From: an uncultured Bacteriovoracaceae bacterium
GTDB lineage: Bacteria; Bdellovibrionota; Bacteriovoracia; Bacteriovoracales; Bacteriovoracaceae
DNA length: 64,000 nt
Assembly (NCBI GenBank): GCA_964012805.1
Contig: CAXGUD010000016.1
Span: 1 to 64,000 of the forward strand
Reading direction: 5' to 3'
A program made the translations under genes and the position numbers. A model generated the notes under the pieces. That model had not been told where the DNA came from. It worked only from the letters and a program-made list of their open reading frames with translations, and did no database searches. Below, in pieces: positions 58,780 to 64,000 of the stretch (positions are counted from its first letter, which is position 1; each line of letters begins with the position of its first letter).

Positions 58780-60765
58780 CTATGGAATTTTTGATTGAAG
58801 GTTTTCAAACTCTTCGTAAAGTTCAAGGATTTTGTTTTCAAGTTTTTCTTGCTTTTGGTTTAGTTGATTTAACTCTTCGCTTTTTTTTTGGTTCATTAGA
58901 GTATAATCAAATTGCGCAAGTTTATCTTGAACATTTTCTAATTTTACTTCTTCATTTTGAATTTCATCTTCAATGACTTTGAATCTTAATTTTTCTTTAT
59001 TAGTCATTTTTATTTTTGATGGGGCTTTGGTTTCCAATTGGTCTCTTTTAACCTCCTTTGATTCTTTCTTTTCTTCGTCTTCCTCTAAAAGCTGTTGTTC
59101 TAAAATGACAGCTTCAAGGTAGGGTTCAACCTGATCATACCCGCCTACAAAGACTTCAATGTTATTTTTTTGGACAAGCCAAACCTTATTTGTGACGGTA
59201 CTTAAAAAAGTTCTATCATGACTAATTAAAATGAGGGAGCCTCCGAACTTTTTAAGCTCTTTTTCTAAAATTTGAATTGTATCAAGGTCGAGGTCGTTAG
59301 TAGGTTCGTCAAAAATCCATATATCACCTGGCCTCTTAAGGTTAAGGGCCATTTGGAGTCTATTCCTTTCTCCCCCTGAAAAAGTTTTTAATGGTCGGTG
59401 TAAGTCGTCTTGAGAGAATAGGAATTTTTTTAAGTAGCTTGAAACATGGATTCGGCTTTCATCAGGAAGGTGGATAAAGTCTGTCCCTTCTCCTAAAATA
59501 TCAAAAGGAGTCTTTTCCGGGGATAACTCATCTCTATCTTGAGAAAAGTATTGAATCTTTATATCCTCTGCTCTTTTCATAGATCCGCTTAAAATCCCTA
59601 ATTGACCCATGATGATTTTCATAAGGCTTGTCTTACCAGATCCATTGGGTCCTAATAATCCAATTTTATCTCCTTTTTTTAGTGATAGAGAGAGTCCCTG
59701 AAACAGTGGAGTGCTTCCATAAGAAAAGTCTGCACTTTTCATTTCAATAAGAGTTTTTGTTTTTCTTTTTGAGTCTTCAACAGAAAGGTTGAGCACTTTT
59801 TTTGCCTGACTTTTTATTTCCTGAAGAGACTCAGATAGTTTGTGAAAATTTTCAACTCTTTTTTTACTTCTACAGCCTCTAGCTTTTATACCTTGCCTCA
59901 TCCACTCAGTTTCTCTTTTAAGAGAGTTTTTGAGTTTGGCAGCAAGTTTTTGTCTCTCTTGTTCTTTAAGTTCCTGGTGTTCAAGATAGTCTGAATAATT
60001 GCCAGAAAAGGAGTCTATTTGACCGTTATTTAAATGAATAATTCTGCTAGTGCATTTAGAAAGAAGGTATCTGTCATGAGAGATCATCAGAAATGTCTTA
60101 TTTGCTGTAGATAGTTCTTCCTCAAATCGTTTAATTGTATCAAGGTCTAAATGGTTAGTCGGTTCATCCCATAAAATCAGGGCTGCTGGAGAAGATAATC
60201 CCAAACTTAGTAAGATCTTTTTTTTCTCACCTCCACTTAGTGAGGTAACTTTTTTTTGAAAATCCTCTAGACCAAAATATTTAAGATAGTTTTCATAAAG
60301 CTGGATAATACTCCAACCCTGCTGGTGTTCCATGTCTTCTAGAAGAGTTTTTTGTCGATTAACAAGTTTTTGAATTTCCTCATTAGATGAAGGTTTTTCA
60401 AGGTTTAGGTTAATTGAATCTAACTCACTTGTAATTGCTTCTAGCTGTGGATAAAACCTAAAAATATAATTTTTAATATTGATATTATCGTTCTCTTTAA
60501 GAGGAATTTCTTGAGGTACAAGAAAAACAGAGAAACCACCTTCTAAACCTTTTGAGTCTTTTGCTTTGTCGAAGGTAAAAGGAGGGCTTGAATGGTCTGG
60601 CTCCAGCTTTGAAGAGAGTACGTTAAATAAACAACTCTTCCCTTTACCATTCGGGCCGATAAGACCGACTTTTTCGCCTTTATGGACTGTTATAAAGGCA
60701 TCTTTAAAGATAATTTTGGCCCCAAAGGAGAGATTTAAATTTTTTAATGTACAAAGAATATTCAT
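58780..60765 (-). CDS. uup: ABC-F family ATPase (Uup-like)
   Basis: Two ABC domains (GPNGKGKS, GPNGSGKT; LSGGE, FSGGE; DEPTNHLD, DEPTNDLD), WMRQGIKAR linker, C-terminal coiled coil. Confidence 0.88.
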   Translation of the reverse strand: MNILCTLKNLNLSFGAKIIFKDAFITVHKGEKVGLIGPNGKGKSCLFNVLSSKLEPDHSSPPFTFDKAKDSKGLEGGFSVFLVPQEIPLKENDNINIKNYIFRFYPQLEAITSELDSINLNLEKPSSNEEIQKLVNRQKTLLEDMEHQQGWSIIQLYENYLKYFGLEDFQKKVTSLSGGEKKKILLSLGLSSPAALILWDEPTNHLDLDTIKRFEEELSTANKTFLMISHDRYLLSKCTSRIIHLNNGQIDSFSGNYSDYLEHQELKEQERQKLAAKLKNSLKRETEWMRQGIKARGCRSKKRVENFHKLSESLQEIKSQAKKVLNLSVEDSKRKTKTLIEMKSADFSYGSTPLFQGLSLSLKKGDKIGLLGPNGSGKTSLMKIIMGQLGILSGSMKRAEDIKIQYFSQDRDELSPEKTPFDILGEGTDFIHLPDESRIHVSSYLKKFLFSQDDLHRPLKTFSGGERNRLQMALNLKRPGDIWIFDEPTNDLDLDTIQILEKELKKFGGSLILISHDRTFLSTVTNKVWLVQKNNIEVFVGGYDQVEPYLEAVILEQQLLEEDEEKKESKEVKRDQLETKAPSKIKMTNKEKLRFKVIEDEIQNEEVKLENVQDKLAQFDYTLMNQKKSEELNQLNQKQEKLENKILELYEEFENLQSKIP

Positions 60766-60909
60766 TATATGTAAGAAACCAAATTGAATGTTGTTTTTAT
60801 TGGACCCTGTCTTTTTGAGGGCGATTTATAGTACTCTTGTTTTTCTTCAAAGTTAAGTTGAAGATGATAAAAAAGGGTAAACTAAATAAAAATTATTTGA
60901 TTTAAGGGC

Positions 60910-61566
60910 TTGGTTTTGTCGCTTTATTATTGTCCACTATGTAAATCCTCTCAAAACTCTTTAGTTCTAAAAAATAAGAGAAGAGAGTTTTACTTCTGTG
61001 AATACTGCTCACTAACCTTCGTGCCAAGCTCTTTTCACTTAAGTAGTTCTGATGAGCTCGAACGCTATACTAAACACAACAACTCCTCTGATGATCCATA
61101 TTATCAAGAGTTTTTAATGAATTTGACTGTGCCTCTTTTAAATAAAGCCTTAGACGGTGTTTCCTGGAAAGGTCTTGATTTTGGCTCAGGGTCCTCTGGC
61201 ACTTTGGCACTCATGATGGGGGAAAAAGGTCATGATTTTAAAAGCTATGATCCTTTCTTCAAAAATGAAAAGTCTTTGTTGGAAACTAAGTATGATGTCA
61301 TTACTTGCTCTGAGGCGATTGAGCATTTTTCCAACCCTGAACGGGAATGGGAAAAAATGTGGTCTCTTTTAAAGCCTAAGGGGATTCTAGCCGTGATGAC
61401 ACAACTTAGACCTTTTGAAAGAGAACTTTCTGATTGGTGGTATATTAGAGACCTTACGCATGTGAGCTTTTTCTCTGAAGCTACTTTTGATTGGCTTGCC
61501 GAGAGAGATCATTTAATATCTTCAAGGCATGAAAATTCTGTCATTATTTTTGAAAAAAGGGATTAA
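60910..61566 (+). CDS. Class I SAM-dependent methyltransferase with N-terminal zinc ribbon
   Basis: CPLC...CEYC, ERYTKHNN, GLDFGSG, YDPFF, CSEAIEHF, WYIRDLTHVSFF. Confidence 0.88.
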   Translation: MVLSLYYCPLCKSSQNSLVLKNKRREFYFCEYCSLTFVPSSFHLSSSDELERYTKHNNSSDDPYYQEFLMNLTVPLLNKALDGVSWKGLDFGSGSSGTLALMMGEKGHDFKSYDPFFKNEKSLLETKYDVITCSEAIEHFSNPEREWEKMWSLLKPKGILAVMTQLRPFERELSDWWYIRDLTHVSFFSEATFDWLAERDHLISSRHENSVIIFEKRD

Positions 61567-61569
61567 GAA

Positions 61570-61908
61570 ATGATTGATATTTTTGGAATACCAAATTGTG
61601 ACAAAGTAAAAAAAACATTGGAAATTCTTCAAGAAAGCAATGTGAATTATCTTTTTGTGGACTTTAAAAAGATGTCGCCTACGAAGGATCAGATTTTAAA
61701 TTGGAAAAATCATTTAGACGATTGGCCTGTTAATAAAAGAGGTACAACCTTTAGAAAATTTAAAGACAAATTTTTAAAGGCCAGTGATAATGAAAAAGTA
61801 AGCTTAATAATTAAAAATTCATCTATAATTCCAAGGCCGATCGTGGAAAAAAATGGCAAAATTTTAAAAATCGGATTTGATGAAGAATTTTTGAGGTCCC
61901 TTCAGTAA
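61570..61908 (+). CDS. ArsC/Spx-family protein (YffB-like)
   Basis: GIPNCDKVKK, VNKRGTTFRK, IIPRPIV, IGFDE. Confidence 0.88.
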   Translation: MIDIFGIPNCDKVKKTLEILQESNVNYLFVDFKKMSPTKDQILNWKNHLDDWPVNKRGTTFRKFKDKFLKASDNEKVSLIIKNSSIIPRPIVEKNGKILKIGFDEEFLRSLQ

Positions 61909-62663
61909 TGGCAGGGAGAGAAATGTGCTGGAGTTGCTATAAACCGGCAAAGAGTTGCTTTTGCCATGATTTAAAGTCCTTCAACACAACAACCCGCTTT
62001 GTATTATTGATGCATCCTAAAGAAGCTAAAAAAAACAAAACAGGAACTGGGCGGATAAGTCATTTGTGCTTGAAAAACTCTGAAATACTTATTGGGGTAG
62101 ATTTTAGTGAAAGCAGACGTTTTAACGAACTTATAAATGATGATAGCTTTATCCCTTTTGTACTATACCCGGGAGAATCTTCTTATAGAGTGGATTACAA
62201 AGAAATTCCTACCGAAGTTTCGAAACTCATTAAAAGTGGAAAGAAACGACCACTTGTTTTTATCCTGGATGGAACCTGGCCTTGTGCTAAAAAGATGATG
62301 CTGGTGAATTCTAAGTTGCATGGACTTCCAAGGCTATCCTTTTCATCTTCGCCTGATCTAAGATCACAATTCACTATCAAACATCAACCTTCCCCAGTTT
62401 GTCTTTCAACGATTGAATCTATTTTTTATTTTCTAAAAGCTTGGAGAAAAGGAGAATACCCAGAAGTATCTTCTAATAGTGATGATACGGTACTTCTTGA
62501 TGGTCTTGCTGGCATTGTCAATTTTCAGATAAAATGTGCTTTAGATCCTCATTTAAAAAGTTATAGAAAAGGGCGGTACAAGACTCAAGATGAAAAAAGG
62601 AATTCTATAAAATGGGATAAAAGAAAGCTTTTTTTTGAAAAGGAGAATTTTCAAAGCTTATGA
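61908..62663 (+). CDS. DTW-domain tRNA-uridine aminocarboxypropyltransferase (TapT/YfiP-like)
   Basis: CWSCYKPAKSCFC, LMHPKE, TGR, VLYPG, LDGTW, LSTIE. Confidence 0.9.
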   Translation: MAGREMCWSCYKPAKSCFCHDLKSFNTTTRFVLLMHPKEAKKNKTGTGRISHLCLKNSEILIGVDFSESRRFNELINDDSFIPFVLYPGESSYRVDYKEIPTEVSKLIKSGKKRPLVFILDGTWPCAKKMMLVNSKLHGLPRLSFSSSPDLRSQFTIKHQPSPVCLSTIESIFYFLKAWRKGEYPEVSSNSDDTVLLDGLAGIVNFQIKCALDPHLKSYRKGRYKTQDEKRNSIKWDKRKLFFEKENFQSL

Positions 62664-63043
62664 AACCAATTCATAAATATTTATTTCTTATTGCCGGTTT
62701 TATTTCAATGATCCTCGGATTTATTGGAATGTTTTTACCCATTTTGCCTACAACTCCTTTTATGATTTTAGCTGCTTTTTGTTTTTCAAAGAGTTCAGAA
62801 AGGCTTCACAAATGGCTTTTAAGTAGGCCTCATATTGGAAAATTAATTACCGATTGGGAAAAGCATGGAGTGATAAGGATGAAAGCAAAAATATATTCGA
62901 CTATTATTATCATCCCTTTGTTTAGCTACACTCTCATTTTTGTTGATGTAAATTATTGGATTAAGGGCCTACTTGTTTTAATTGCCTTATCAGTTCTTTC
63001 CTTTATATGGAGTCGTCCCTCGAAACCATTTAAATCTTCTTAG
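62660..63043 (+). CDS. ybaN: YbaN/DUF454 inner membrane protein
   Basis: GFIGMFLPILPTTPFMILAAFCFSKSSERLHKWL. Confidence 0.9.
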   Translation: MKPIHKYLFLIAGFISMILGFIGMFLPILPTTPFMILAAFCFSKSSERLHKWLLSRPHIGKLITDWEKHGVIRMKAKIYSTIIIIPLFSYTLIFVDVNYWIKGLLVLIALSVLSFIWSRPSKPFKSS

Positions 63044-63046
63044 GCT

Positions 63047-63394
63047 TTAACTTCCTCTATAAGTCGTATAGCCGTGACCGCTAATAAGAAGAGGAACATG
63101 GTAATGCTCATTTGCTTTATCTACAAAAAAACAAATGGAAGCTTCAGGGTAAAAACCTTTAATTTGATTTTCTAAATAATAATCTTGAAGCAAGAACGTT
63201 ATTTTATAAGTACCTTCTTTTAAGTCCCATCCATCCATAATGAGTTTTTGAACTCTTCCATCGTCGTTTGTTATTCCTTCCCCGATGGTTTGCCACCCAT
63301 TATCTTCCTTTTTTTTAAATTGAAGATCTACTTTTATATTTTTTCCAGGTTTTCCAAGCGTTGTATTTAGAACGTGAGTTGTTATAGCTCCCAT
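63047..63394 (-). CDS. uraH: 5-hydroxyisourate hydrolase
   Basis: ITTHVLN..GKPG, TNDDGR, HYHVPLL, C-terminal YTTYRGS. Confidence 0.96.
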   Translation of the reverse strand: MGAITTHVLNTTLGKPGKNIKVDLQFKKKEDNGWQTIGEGITNDDGRVQKLIMDGWDLKEGTYKITFLLQDYYLENQIKGFYPEASICFFVDKANEHYHVPLLISGHGYTTYRGS

Positions 63395-63891
63395 AAAAGT
63401 TTCTCCAATCTAATGTTTGTAATTTTATTTTGCTCGCTAATTGCAATTTTCAGTTCTTCAGACTGATCATTATGAAGCCTTTTTTTCAATATTTCCAACA
63501 TTTCTTCAGCTGATTTTCCTGTAGCACAAACGATAAAAATAAATCCATATTTTTCTTCATAAACATCATTAAGCTCTTTAAGCTCTTTCAAAACAGAAAG
63601 GGGTGTTTCTTTAACCCCTTTTTGTTCTCCATGAGACCAATTTTTTGTTTGATTATATTTTTTTTGAAGGCTTTCAAGGTCTCCAATCTTTGCATGACCC
63701 TTAAAAGCCTCAAGCCAGTCTTCACTGGAGAGGTTGAACCATACATCCTCAGACTTTTGAACCATCTCTTTAAATGTTATGAAAGGCCTTTTTTTAATTA
63801 TACTTTCGGCCCATTTTTGACTTGAGCAACACTTAAAAGCTTCTTTTATTGCTTCAGAGTTTGCTAAGTCATTAAACTTTTTTATTTTCAT
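63382..63891 (-). CDS. uraD: OHCU decarboxylase domain, in frame with the upstream allantoinase-like sequence
   Basis: CCSSQKW, RPF, WLEAFKGHAKIG, EQKG, LNDVYEEKYGFIFIVCATG, EQNKITNIRL. Confidence 0.93.
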   Translation of the reverse strand: MKIKKFNDLANSEAIKEAFKCCSSQKWAESIIKKRPFITFKEMVQKSEDVWFNLSSEDWLEAFKGHAKIGDLESLQKKYNQTKNWSHGEQKGVKETPLSVLKELKELNDVYEEKYGFIFIVCATGKSAEEMLEILKKRLHNDQSEELKIAISEQNKITNIRLEKLLWEL

Positions 63892-63999
63892 TTCTTTTTG
63901 GTTGTCTTTTAAAATGGGTCTTCCAAAAGGACCAAAAGGCATAAGGCCATTTTCGTAGATAAGCTTTCCACCAAGGAATGTTTTTTCGATGACTCCATT
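63892..63999 (-). CDS. allB: C-terminal fragment of an allantoinase/dihydroorotase-family amidohydrolase (5' truncated by window)
   Basis: NGVIEKTFLGGKLIYENG...PFGRPILK resembles the terminal strands of allantoinases; upstream of uraD-uraH; only 36 codons visible. Confidence 0.7.
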
Positions 64000-64000
64000 A

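Noticed and set aside
58134..58976. Plus-strand ORFs 58134..58361, 58219..58509, 58451..58654 and 58740..58976
   Set aside because: They overlap better-supported genes that have SD, promoter or family motifs; treated as shadows.

Overview
An AT-rich bacterial chromosomal segment. Gene order and protein style suggest Bdellovibrionota (Bacteriovorax/Halobacteriovorax-like); this is an inference, not a database result. From left to right it holds: the end of a flagellar operon (flhA-flhF-flhG-fliA plus two unexplained genes); coaE/mazG; ybeY-prfB, with a programmed +1 frameshift in prfB; lolC/E-lolD-bamA-skp-fabZ-lpxA-(gnnA-like)-lpxB-lpxK; rpsA; a pantothenate/CoA operon headed by an ilvC homologue; several predicted envelope or secreted proteins (two paralogous lipoproteins, two subtilases, a protease-LRR lipoprotein); kdsD, lnt, mltG, yqgF; rho-prfA-prmC-murA; and a split purine-catabolism set (xdhC-A-B ... 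allB'-uraD-uraH). I saw no tRNA, rRNA, CRISPR array or mobile element. The most notable observations are: (1) FlhF has lost its GTPase motifs and its partner FlhG lacks the activator motif, and they are followed by what look like degenerate CheA-like and MCP-like proteins; (2) an allantoinase C-terminus runs in frame into OHCU decarboxylase; (3) a divergent IlvC probably fills the ketopantoate reductase step; (4) an unannotated 30-aa membrane peptide sits behind a near-consensus sigma28 promoter; (5) a GnnA-like gene suggests diaminoglucose lipid A.
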